A stretch of DNA of 30,710 bases from Halocafeteria seosinensis (Eukaryota), in assembly GCA_001687465.1 (NCBI GenBank), contig LVLI01000294.1:186001-216710 (forward strand), given 5' to 3'. The notes under the pieces were generated by a model. The model made no database searches. It was not told the DNA's origin and saw only the letters and a list, made by a program, of their open reading frames with translations. A program made the translations under genes and the position numbers. The first letter of the stretch is position 1; every line of letters begins with the position of its first letter. Below, one piece after another: positions 10,989-21,700 of the stretch.

Positions 10989-12506
10989 ATGTATAGCTGT
11001 CCACTCCGGGCAAATACGTGGCGTCGAGAGGGCCTCGGGGCCCTCCGTTTATTACGCCATACGCATGTGCGCACAGGGCGTCATACTCATAGCATAGCAA
11101 CCATAGGAAGTTCATCGTCACAGTGTGTATCTTCATTGGGATCATATTTGCCTCCGAAACATGTCTGTGGAAGGAGGCACTTTGTCTCCCTGACACATCC
11201 CCGGCAAAGAGCTCAAAAAGAGGGAGGTGATAAAGACATTGAGGAGGATGCAACCGGTGCTTTTGTGGATGAGGAAGGTCTCGCTGATAGTGACTATGAG
11301 AGAGCGGATGCACAAGAGAAAACATTTGGAGAATATGAAAAGGGAAGGAAAGTAAGCGAAGGGGGAGCAAGCTTAGCCGAGGGAGAGGAGTGGTTGCGCC
11401 GTATGCAGTCAGATCCCAAGCCTGAGATGTTCAAGGACTGGGAATTAAATGCAGACGAACAATCGCATATTGCGCAAGAAATGGATGCGACAGCTGAAGC
11501 CGAGGTGGAAGCTGAAGTAGATCAACCAAAGCAACGCCCTGGAGCGTCCCGCCTGGATGGCACGTACTGGCAAGGTCAATGGACCAACCGTGACCTCCAT
11601 GACCCTCCTTACCGGCAACCTCGCCCCCATATGGCCCCGGCTCAAGATCCTTCGGAAAAACATATACCGGCTTTACGAGAACATCCAATGAGCAAGCAAT
11701 GGGGAGGTCTGATTGATATTATTGAACATGAAACGTACATGTCGAAACTCGGAGATGCTGATTCTGGGGGAGGATTTCATGACTTCGCCATGGCTCCCTA
11801 TGACTCCGAATCGCTCGAGGATCCCTTTTACAACAATTTCTTAACGGAAGATGAATATGTCTGGCCTTCGGACTATGAGCCGCAGCCATACATTCCTGAT
11901 TCTGTAAGACAGCAAATATACTTCTTATGGTCCTCCAAAGGCTGGTCTATCCCCAAATTAGGATCGAAGTTCAAAATGAGAACAGAGAGAGTGTCCTTCA
12001 TCATCAACTTAAAGCGCACCGAGCCAGAATGTATAGAGGAGGGGAAGTATGCTGATGAACTGGATGATGCTATGACTCAAATGTACGGGCGTGAGTATGA
12101 CTTCGGCGACAAAGATTATCAGTCTGAGGATGACGATATAGGGCTGAATGTCAACGTATTGAAAGACTCACAACTGCCAGATGATGTCGTGCCTAAGATG
12201 CCGTGGAAAGGGAATGTCCTTAAAACGGGAACGCATTTGCCTCCCGTAGAACTACCACCCAAAGAAGAACGAACATGCAAACATCGTTTCGCCTTCAAAG
12301 ATATCTCGAGTGGAGAATCAATGGATTCTAAATTTGTACCATTTTCGAAGAAGCATCTAGTTGTAGATCATGACGGCACAAGGCGAGTTTCTACCAAAAA
12401 GGAGGATTTATACAGGAGTAATAGAGCCAGACGGTTTATTGTTAAACGGGATGGTTCTGGTAGTAATAACTGGCCATTCCCGGACGAACAAGCAGACCAA
12501 ATATGA
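10989..12506 (+). CDS. Mitochondrial small-subunit ribosomal protein mS45/Bot1p-like, single exon
   Basis: Arg/Ser-rich N-terminus resembling a mitochondrial presequence. Core PQPYIPDSVRQQIYFLW..KGWSIPKLGSKFKMRTERVSFIINLK resembles the Bot1p helix-turn-helix motif. First ATG at 10989. Confidence 0.65.
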   Translation: MYSCPLRANTWRREGLGALRLLRHTHVRTGRHTHSIATIGSSSSQCVSSLGSYLPPKHVCGRRHFVSLTHPRQRAQKEGGDKDIEEDATGAFVDEEGLADSDYERADAQEKTFGEYEKGRKVSEGGASLAEGEEWLRRMQSDPKPEMFKDWELNADEQSHIAQEMDATAEAEVEAEVDQPKQRPGASRLDGTYWQGQWTNRDLHDPPYRQPRPHMAPAQDPSEKHIPALREHPMSKQWGGLIDIIEHETYMSKLGDADSGGGFHDFAMAPYDSESLEDPFYNNFLTEDEYVWPSDYEPQPYIPDSVRQQIYFLWSSKGWSIPKLGSKFKMRTERVSFIINLKRTEPECIEEGKYADELDDAMTQMYGREYDFGDKDYQSEDDDIGLNVNVLKDSQLPDDVVPKMPWKGNVLKTGTHLPPVELPPKEERTCKHRFAFKDISSGESMDSKFVPFSKKHLVVDHDGTRRVSTKKEDLYRSNRARRFIVKRDGSGSNNWPFPDEQADQI

Positions 12507-12523
12507 TTCGAATACACAAGCCT

Positions 12524-14351
12524 TTACTTATCGGCTTTATCTCCGTATTCCTGGCGACCTTTTACGTTCTTAAGTTCATCTTTAGAGTATTTGTACACTG
12601 AGCCACCCTCATATCCTGCCACCACCTTGGCGGAAATCTCTACCTGAGCATCCTCTGGTACCATTTCAGGCGGGATAGGAACGCGTTCTTTAATTTCAAT
12701 GCCTGATTTGGTTATGGCGTTGTACTTCATATCGCTCATACTAATGAGCTTATCAATCTTAGTGATTCCTAGCCAATGCAGAGGATCGGGCATTAGAGCT
12801 TGAAATCTAACATCCTCAGTACCAGCGACAGTTGCAGTGCAGGTGAAATACCGCTCAGCCGAGTCACCCCCTTCCTGCCGTTTTCGCATATTGTATACGA
12901 GATATTTAGTAACTTCGCCCAGCGCTCTACCTTCTTTCCTGAAATATACAATGACACCGTTTCCTCCTTGTTGTGCGGTCCTAATGCATTCTTCTATACC
13001 ATGCACAAGGTAAGGGCGACAAGTACAAATGTCGCTGCCAAACACGTCACTGCCATTGCATTCATCATGCACGCGTACTGTCAAGGGCACTGAAGGGTCA
13101 GACACGGTGGAGGGATCCCCATACACGTATATCTGTAGAGAGAATAGAAAACAAGGCGAGAACACGAAGTGGTGTAGAGGCACGCAAAATGTGATACAAT
13201 AATTGATGCACATACGGTAAGACCTCCAATGGGTGGGAGGAAAACCTTTAAGTCCTTTCGCGTTACCAGTTCGGGGTACATGCCATTCGTTTGCTCAAAC
13301 AAGCTTTTACGTAGCTCATCTTCGGTACAGTTAAACCGCTCGGCTACACCCGGGAGGTACCAAACAGGGTCTACAGCAGCCTTGAGCACATGAACTTGGC
13401 CGTTCTTGAGAAGTACTTTTCCATCGGGAGTTAAGCGCTCAGAGCTCATAGAATGCTTAATTTCCGGCAATTCGCAGTGAGCCTTGGTGACAGCAATGGT
13501 TGGACGCACATCATACCCTTTGTCAAAGTAGTGGCGGAATACTTCGACAGCCGTGGCACCAAATGGGTCCATGGTTACGATCTGCTATTGAAGAGAAGCG
13601 GAGAATGACACAAGGCAGGGATGAGCTATACTTTCCAGGTCGTTATCTCACCTTCTTTGGATCAAACCAGGAGGGGTAAGGTCCAATTTGAGCCGCTGGG
13701 GTGGTGAGGCTAAAGTCTGGGCGATAGTTAGGGTCGAGAGCTCCGGATGCCACAGCAAGGCTTCGATAAATGCTGTAGCTGCCACCATGGGCGCCAACCG
13801 CATTGCGGGTTCCGGCATGCATAGTGGAGGCAATGATAGGACCGCGCTCTTCAGCGGACGGTGCACCCCACTGCAATATAGAAGAAGGATAAGATAATTC
13901 CACTATGACTTCATAGCTAGCAGCTTAATCGTAGTACATACCTTCAAGGGTACTGGCTTTACTCCTTGAACGCCAGCATGACTGGTGAGGCTGATGTAGC
14001 TCTGGCCCTTTCTCGCCGTAGGTGCTTGCGGAATATGTTTGGCAATAGGAGACACTTTCTCAGCGGCCTGCTTCTTGGCGGTTCCATTGTCTGCACGAAA
14101 TGTAGGTCATGAAGATAGTAAGTTCGATGTTCGCAGCCTCGTTCCCCTTCCAGTTCCCCTTTAATTCCCTTTTTGTACTTTCCCGCTCAGACACCAACTC
14201 AGCCCACGTGCAACAACGCGACATTCTCGGCGTTGCAGCTCGATGCAGTCTAGCGCTCTAACTTACTAGCTTTGTCGTTAGCTTCCGTCTCTTCTGCTGG
14301 GCGTTTCTCACCAGCTTTAGAGGCGGTTCTACTGCTTCTTCTGGAAGACAT
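12524..14351 (-). CDS. URC1/Urg1-type GTP cyclohydrolase II-like protein (GTP_CH_N + GTP_cyclohydro2), ~475 aa, 5 exons
   Basis: Exons 14351-14267, 14090-13942, 13870-13652, 13581-13216 and 13132-12524. Motifs WGAP..EERGPIIAS, RNAVGAHGGSYSIYR, RVHDECNGSDVFGSDICTCRPYL, RKEGRALGEVTKYLVYN and SMSDMKY. Confidence 0.92.
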
Positions 14352-14761
14352 GGTTCAGAATAAACCTGAAAGGCACGGTAGTGCTTTTGATGTAAGATCA
14401 GTAAGTGCTGCAGCAAAGTGCTAAGCCTCAAACAGAAAGTTACCAACTAACCCACAAGACACGGACATCAAGGGATTATGTCTTTGCGGCCACAAGGGAA
14501 CAGATCCGTAGGTGGGTGCCAACTGGCAGTGTGTGAAGCTGGTATCCAGCCCCGTCCGATCCCCCTTGGGAAGCCTTTTTGTAGTTTACGGGATATCTTC
14601 GCGGCCACGCTTCCATGACTTTTTTCAATATATTGTCTTTGCCTGCCGACACAGCATTAAACTGTCTTATTCACTTTGTCAGTGCTGAGCGCCCTTAAGT
14701 GGTGGAAACGGGTCATTCGGAATTCCCCCGCTGATTGAAGTTGTCTCGTTGAAGTTGCCGT

Positions 14762-14783
14762 CTAAACGCCGTTTAGTAAACGG
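14762..14783. repeat. Two overlapping 15-nt palindromes in a divergent intergenic region
   Basis: CTAAACG-C-CGTTTAG (14762-14776) and CCGTTTA-G-TAAACGG (14769-14783). Confidence 0.8.
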
Positions 14784-14909
14784 TCGGCTTTGAGAGCCAT
14801 TCAGTCGATTCCAGAGCGTTTTATAAGGTATCCGGATTGCTAGGTATTTTTTTAGTTGCGTACTCCACTGCTGACGTGAGCATCGGCCTCAGCCTTAACA
14901 GTCTGAAAA

Positions 14910-17203
14910 ATGCCCCCTCCTCAGGCGATCAGCTGCGAGATATGCGGCAAGAAGTTCTTTAAAAACTCATACGCCATTCATCTCAAACAGTGTGCCAAGA
15001 AGCGAGAGGATTCGACGTCTCAATGCGAATATTGTGGACACTCTGTATCGCATGATGAGTTTGAAAACCATGTCTCTGAATGCAAGGTAAGCAAAACGTT
15101 AGGTCTGGGTCGGGATACCTGTGGGTTGATGGTATAACGCCATACGTATGCTATTTACAGAAAGCTCATAAAGGTAAAAAGGCAAAGAAGTTAGGCAAGC
15201 ATAGTGCGGTTTCTGATTCCGTTCGGCAGAAAATTGAGAAAGCTGATAGGGGAGAGTCCATAGTCCCTGAAGATGGAGGACAGTTAGGCGGAGAATTTGA
15301 CCCATTCAGACGATTAGATGTAAGCATATGGTCATGGAGCACATCTTCAAGGCTCTGGTGCATATAAATGTATTTTGATACAATCCTGCAGGAGATTGTG
15401 CGAAATGAAGATGTTGTCAAGGACGAACCGGAAGATAGTCGAGTGGAGTGTGAAATTTGTCACCGTAAATTCAATTCAGACAGAATAGCGAAACATCAAC
15501 TGGTATGCCAAAAGGTGAAAGAGAAGGAAAAGCAAAATCGGCGTAAACCCTATACCTCCGAGGACTGGAGAGTGAAGGGTACAGATTTCGAAAACTTCAA
15601 GGATAATCGAACAGACGTATGTCTACTGCGGCGTCCTATTTCCTCTTTTTCGTCGTATGAGTCTATCTTCGGATTGCAGGTGAAAGAGTTGAAGAGGCAA
15701 GCCAAAGAGATGGCAAAGGGGCAACAAAGCGTTCCGCCTGCCAGTTTTCGGCCCGCTGCCGCACCCGCAGTTGAGGCCAGTATAGCCGGAACAGCTACTG
15801 AGACCTCCAGTCAAACGGAAGCAATCAACAGAGCAAATAATGAAGAAATGGAAAATATGCCACCGAGCTCCATGGAGATACAAACAGCTAATGGAGCCCC
15901 TGCTTTTAATGAAGACACGAATTGTTCGACTGATCATTCTAACAGCCGAACTGAAATCTGTAATAGTGAGGCGGAATCCTCTGTATCAATGACAACTGCC
16001 GTTGATAACACGACTGATGCTGAGGAAGACCATTCTGTGCCTGCTTCGACAATTGTTGGTAGCGATGTGGCCGCCGCGTCGACCAGTGTTGCACAAAAAC
16101 AAGCATCTGAAGTCCACAGTACTACCGCGGTCTCAACCTTGCATGCTTCTTCGACGAATAACCAACTGAATGCGTCTATGTCTTCTACGGGAAGCACAGG
16201 GAAATCAAAATTGCGTGTTGGAGACCGAGTAAAGACTTCTAAAGGTCACGAAGGAATATTGCGGTTCAAAGGAAGAGTGTGGGGCTTATGGAAAGGCATG
16301 TGGTACGGTGTGGAACTGAACGAAGCTTACGGCAAGAACGATGGATCGTGCCAGGACGTAAAATATTTTGAATGTACCCCTGGTCACGGTGTCTTTGTAC
16401 GTCCTCATACAATTGTGCCCGTGAGAAAGTGGGACGATGACGTTGAGGAAATCAAGCAAAAAGAGAAGGAAGAGAAACAACGCTTATACCAGGAACAACT
16501 GCGCATTCGGGAGAAGCTAGCGGCAAAGCAAGCAGCGCAAAAGGAACAAGGAAAACACAGGAAACATGGGCCAGAAAAGCCATCAGGCCAAAATCCAAAG
16601 AATGACAAAAGCAAGGAGCAGCAGAGCAGTGTCGTCCCGAGACTAAAGACTGATTCTCGGAATAATGATGCACCAGCAGGTTCTGCTATAGAAGCAGTAC
16701 GCAAGTTAAGCGCTCGTAGCTCCGGAAGGAACAATAGCGCCGGTCAATCCTCCGCTACGAGCACAAAACACCAAGGGCAGTCACATGGCAGGCTCAGTGC
16801 TCGAGCATCTAACCCCGGTAGTGATCCCAGTTCTCATCCCACAAGTGCAACAGCGAAATCTTCCAGCAGCTTATCTCGTGGAGTATCAAAACGCAGCGAA
16901 ATGAAGAGTACAGTTAATGGAGACATCTCGACGTCTCAGTCGAGGTCTCACCCCTCTTCTTCGCAACATACAGCGACAAAAACCAGCAATGCCTCCCAGG
17001 ATAGCGGAGTCTCGAAGCGGAAACCTAATATGCCGTCTTCAAAGCCTCTAAGTGAAACAGCTGCTAACAAGCCCAATAATAATCGAGCTGAGCCGAGAAA
17101 GGAAAAGAATCAGGAAGCACCTGACGATGCTGCTGCCCTTCGACGCAAACGTGCGGAATTTTTCGAGAAAAAGTTCAAAGAGAAGGAAGCACCCAAGTCC
17201 TGA
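14910..17203 (+). CDS. C2HC zinc-finger + CAP-Gly domain protein, 4 exons
   Basis: Introns 15087-15160, 15320-15391 and 15617-15679. Three C-x2-C-x12-H-x3-C fingers (CEICGKKF..HLKQC, CEYCG..HVSEC, CEICHRKF..HQLVC). CAP-Gly motif WYGVEL..AYGKNDGS...YF.C..GHGVFVR. Ser-rich disordered linkers. Confidence 0.88.
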
Positions 17204-17263
17204 AACATGCCAGCATTAAGAAATACACACAAGGAATGATACAGTCATTACCTTACAATGCTG

Positions 17264-18493
17264 TCATGTATTCGAGCGCTTGGCATCGGCTGCCCGTGCC
17301 AAGTTGGTGCGAACCTCAGCACAAAATGAGCGGTAGTTTGCCCACGTGTTGTACGCCAACAATCCGCTAGCTGCAAATGTGCACAATGTTGCATACCGTA
17401 ACGTCTTAAAGCGACGAAGCACTGCCAAATTTAGTAGTGCGAAGGACCCGATGGCGCATCCTCGAACACATGAATGTAGCGCATCTGAAGAGGGGACTTC
17501 ACTTAGAGGGAGGGTACTGTAGTAGTCTGAGCTTTCCCAATTACGCCAAACTCCAGACGCAAGAGCAGGAGGTAAAACTGCGACAGAATGCATTCCGGGA
17601 AGTTCATGAATACTGCAGGTTACAATTTTGGATCGTTCTTCGTAGCGCTGTTTACTAGCTGATAGTGCTAGGTATGCTTGAAATTCGCGAAATTGTTGGT
17701 AGTTCTGTTTCAAAACCGTAAAGGATGTGCGGTCTCTCTCTTGCTGCTTCTTGCGCCGATTCATTTCTTCCTCCGACAAAATGATTGCACCCGGGGCGCC
17801 TTGCGGAGGATGCATCAGATTTGCCAAATTGTGCAGGAAGTGCCTAAATGCATCGATAGTGTCCTGTTCCACGTTCACATCCTCTTTCATAGGACATAAG
17901 GAATCCTCCAACGAGATGGCTTCAGCCGTGAACGTACAGTGAACTCTATCGGCGAAGTCTCGCAAAGATTTCCCCAGATCTGCATAACTACCTCGGACCA
18001 ATGCATATACACAGCGTCTGCCTTCTTTCGTCCACACAATCCATCTCAGTACCGGAGCACGTTCCCACCACGGGAGGCGTTGGTTCTCCACGTACCAAGA
18101 CCGCCCAATCGTCACGAGTTCCACTCCTTCATTTTCAAACACGAATTGTTTGAGCTCATCCCATGGTCCCTGTTGTTCATGGGAAGACCCTGCTATCACA
18201 GGGTCTTGTAGCACCAGAATCAGAGGCTTACTGATACACTTCTCAATCAGTGGCATGATTCCAGGCCATTGGGGTTTGGCGGGCTCCTGGAACGCATTGG
18301 GCCTGATTCTCCTGGCATCGAGTCCGAATTGCAGAAACGCACTTCGCCGTGAAATGGGAATGCCAACGTCATCTGGAACGTGGGCCCTTAACTTCTCGCG
18401 TATCTGAGGCCATTTCTCCTGAACTTCCCACACATCCATGACGTAGATGTCCACCACCCCTCCATTTTGCTTCTGGCGTCGTACGACTTTCAT
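17264..18493 (-). CDS. Hypothetical protein, 409 aa, with two C-terminal hydrophobic segments
   Basis: Long intronless ORF that fills the space between two clear genes. C-terminal segments CAIGSFALLNLAVL and YATLCTFAASGLLAY. No family recognised. Confidence 0.7.
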   Translation of the reverse strand: MKVVRRQKQNGGVVDIYVMDVWEVQEKWPQIREKLRAHVPDDVGIPISRRSAFLQFGLDARRIRPNAFQEPAKPQWPGIMPLIEKCISKPLILVLQDPVIAGSSHEQQGPWDELKQFVFENEGVELVTIGRSWYVENQRLPWWERAPVLRWIVWTKEGRRCVYALVRGSYADLGKSLRDFADRVHCTFTAEAISLEDSLCPMKEDVNVEQDTIDAFRHFLHNLANLMHPPQGAPGAIILSEEEMNRRKKQQERDRTSFTVLKQNYQQFREFQAYLALSASKQRYEERSKIVTCSIHELPGMHSVAVLPPALASGVWRNWESSDYYSTLPLSEVPSSDALHSCVRGCAIGSFALLNLAVLRRFKTLRYATLCTFAASGLLAYNTWANYRSFCAEVRTNLARAADAKRSNT

Positions 18494-18718
18494 GACGACA
18501 CCAAAAAGAGAACAGAAGCTCGAAGGCAGTCAACGACACAATGACAAGAACACTATCCCTGCCAGCTTATAGTACAACACAGTGTCAGAAGACAGTACAC
18601 TTCACAACACGACACGGAAGTAACGACGGGGCACGAAAAAACTACACGAAAAGATGCGAATTTTTTTTGGATTGTTCGTGTTGTACTTGTGTATTAAGTG
18701 TGTCAACCAAAATAGCTG

Positions 18719-21700
18719 CTATGACCATGCTTGGTACTCGTTATCAGAATCGGAATCACTTTCTAAGACGTCGTCGACGAGCTCATGGAAAGTCTGCTGC
18801 TTTTTCTCCCACTTTTCTTCTGCGTCCTCAACACACTTTAGCTTCGTTGCCCCGGGGTTCTTGCGTTCTTCCTTCAAGTCAGCGTAAATCCGCTTCATCC
18901 ATCTCCCGCGATTATCGCGCAGTAAGCGAAGTACAGGTTTTGCTTTTGGAAGTAATCGGGACACTTTCGCAAACAACGGGGCAACGATGAAATCAATAAA
19001 ATTTACAGAAAGCTCATTTTGATTCGTCGTATTTCGATCCATGTTGGCTGATAGAGGCAGATTCTCCTTCTTCTCCCGGTCACCCTGGTTAAAGAACTCC
19101 CCGATCAAACGGTCGCTCCAAATTTTGCTCAGGTCAAATGCCTTGCAACAATTGTTGATATCGGCTGCGTGTAGCAACGTCTTCATGAGCACCATTCGTT
19201 CTCCAGCGGATATTGTTATTGCAAAGTCATGCCCTTCTTTGAACTTATACTCGTCGGGATAGATTCCGTGAGTACTTTGTTTGTCGTTGTTTGTCAGTAG
19301 TTCCACGATTCTGTTCTGTCTACTTTCTTTCAACAAGGTCCTGATACGTTTCTTATTATTCTCAATTACAGAACCAAAGTCTTCAGTTAATGTCATATGG
19401 CATGTCATATCCGTAGCCAATATTGTTGACACAAACACTTTCCTGGCATATTTCTTGTCATCCGCTTCCAGACCATCCCAGAGGCCGTGCTCATTCAGGA
19501 GAAATGATCCGACCGCCGCATGATGGTTTTCCAGTACTGATGAGTCGTTATACCGAATCGCCAGCTCCGTTTGGGCACTTACCTGGTAGCTATTTCCGAG
19601 TCCTGGATGTTCCAGATCGTGACACAAACATGCTACTGCAAGAGCGTGGACTTCTAGAGGAGAAAACAAGCATGCTGCATCAAAGTTGATACACATGATA
19701 TAGAAACAATGTAAAACATCTACGGCGTGCCAGAAGTTGTGATACTTGACGACATCTGAAGAAAATAAACTCATGCGCTCGCATACGTCTTCAATAAAGT
19801 TGACATAGGAGTTCGCAGCAATCTTAAAGTACTGAGGTAAGCGCAGCGAAACGAACATGTACGTAACAATCGGGATCAAATGTTCCGGTTCTTCAGCGGG
19901 AAATTGAAACATATTGAACTCCCAAGTGTTCACATCCCCACAACGGGATCTATTCGAAGCAATGTCTTCCCGCAGCGCCGATATGTGCGCCACAATAGCA
20001 ATTTCGTATACAACGTCCTCCAAAACATGTGCTTCTTTCTCGGGCCCGCACAACACTTCCATCTCTCCGGGCAAGTGGTCGTCGACGTACCATTCGTATA
20101 TCGTCTTCGCATCAAAGGGACCATGCACATCGTCCTCCTCGCCTTCGTAATACAACTCGTCGAAAATACCGTTGGCTGCAGTACTATCTGCCTCGAGAAG
20201 TGTTTCCAGGCCCCAACCGAACCGACCGCGTGAAAGGGAATATTCCAAGATGCGATCCTTTGCGCACAGCTTGCTAGCGGGTAAATATCCTGGTACCCAT
20301 TTGCAACGTTGATTGTGTACAGTGGAGGCATCCAATTGTTTAATTTCGTCGTTATCGGACCAACTGGTCACAGACCCTTCACTTTCCTCTCCGTCAATGG
20401 CTTCGGCCTCTGGAACAGACTGTAAGCTTCGCAACGAAATTTGTCCGGCACTGACTCTGCTTGCACGCCGGCTGTTTGATTGCGCAGAATGAGGACGGTC
20501 TTCTGAGGAATCCTCAGAAGGCCGTCTAACATCGCCTTTGGAGGATGAGCGACGGAACTTTGAGATCCCAAAACTGCTTCCACGCTTCAATCTTGGGATG
20601 CCATTCCGACTCGGAACATCGGACATGACTCCCAAACTCGCCCTGCGCAGAGCATTGCCAGCATTCTGTTGAGACGCAAGGCTCTGTTGGGCAATTGGCG
20701 TGTAGCTCTCGTTAGGTCTAGCGTACTCTGACAAGAACCAATCTCGGTTGGCTTCATCAACATTCAGGAACGAGAGTATTCGCGACAACTCTCCCTGGTT
20801 GTCAGTTTGCTTGTTAGCGTCAGGGCTTCCAGGCAGAGCTCTATTTTCGCGGTCATCAAGTATCTTAACTACAGCACTTACAATATCCTGTAGCATGCGG
20901 TGGTACCAGCTCATTTCTTTCTCTGTCACGCGTTCTTCGTTGTCAGCCTTAGCCCCAATGAGCTCATCCAGTCTCTTTAATTTTCGTTTGACGGATTCCA
21001 TCTCATCACCGCGAACAACGAAGTATCCACTCTCGCTTTCACTGATGCTATCATCGTCGCTGTCAACCGTAGCTGTATCCTGAGTTTCGAGACTGCCCAC
21101 AAAATCTAATGTACCTGAGGCAACAGAAGAAAGGGCTTGTAACGCAAGAAATGACGCGGTCGAGTTTTGGGTTTTCTGTTCCTTCGCTCCTTCATTCGCA
21201 TTCTTTTCTAGAAGTCGTCTTGTCACCTCGTCGTAAGCCTTTGGGGGTAATACAAGCTGCAAGCGCACCTGAAGGCTTCCCCTGTAGATCCATTCATTCT
21301 TATCTGGTTGGTGTGCCCACAGGTTTCTACGTTTGTAGCCTTGAGGCTCGGCATCATGGTAGAACTCCCAGCTTCGCGAAGAGTGTAGCGGCAACTCTTT
21401 TGTTTCGCCCTTGAATTCCACGGAATGAGCAGTTGGGGAGGGAGAAAAGCCACCGTTCTCATCAGCGCTCAATGAGCCATTCACTGTAGCAGTATTTTCC
21501 GAGTATGAGCGGTCCAAACTGTCTGTATCCTCATCTTGTTTTATTATTTCCACTTGAGACAACGCAACCTCGGTCATTCCTAGAAGCATATTTGCCCCAT
21601 ATTTGTCTTTGTCCCACACCATAAAGCGCAACTGACAATTCTCAATTTGATCAGCTCGTACAGGAAAGATAAAATACTGTTCCCATCTCGGGGTTTTGTC

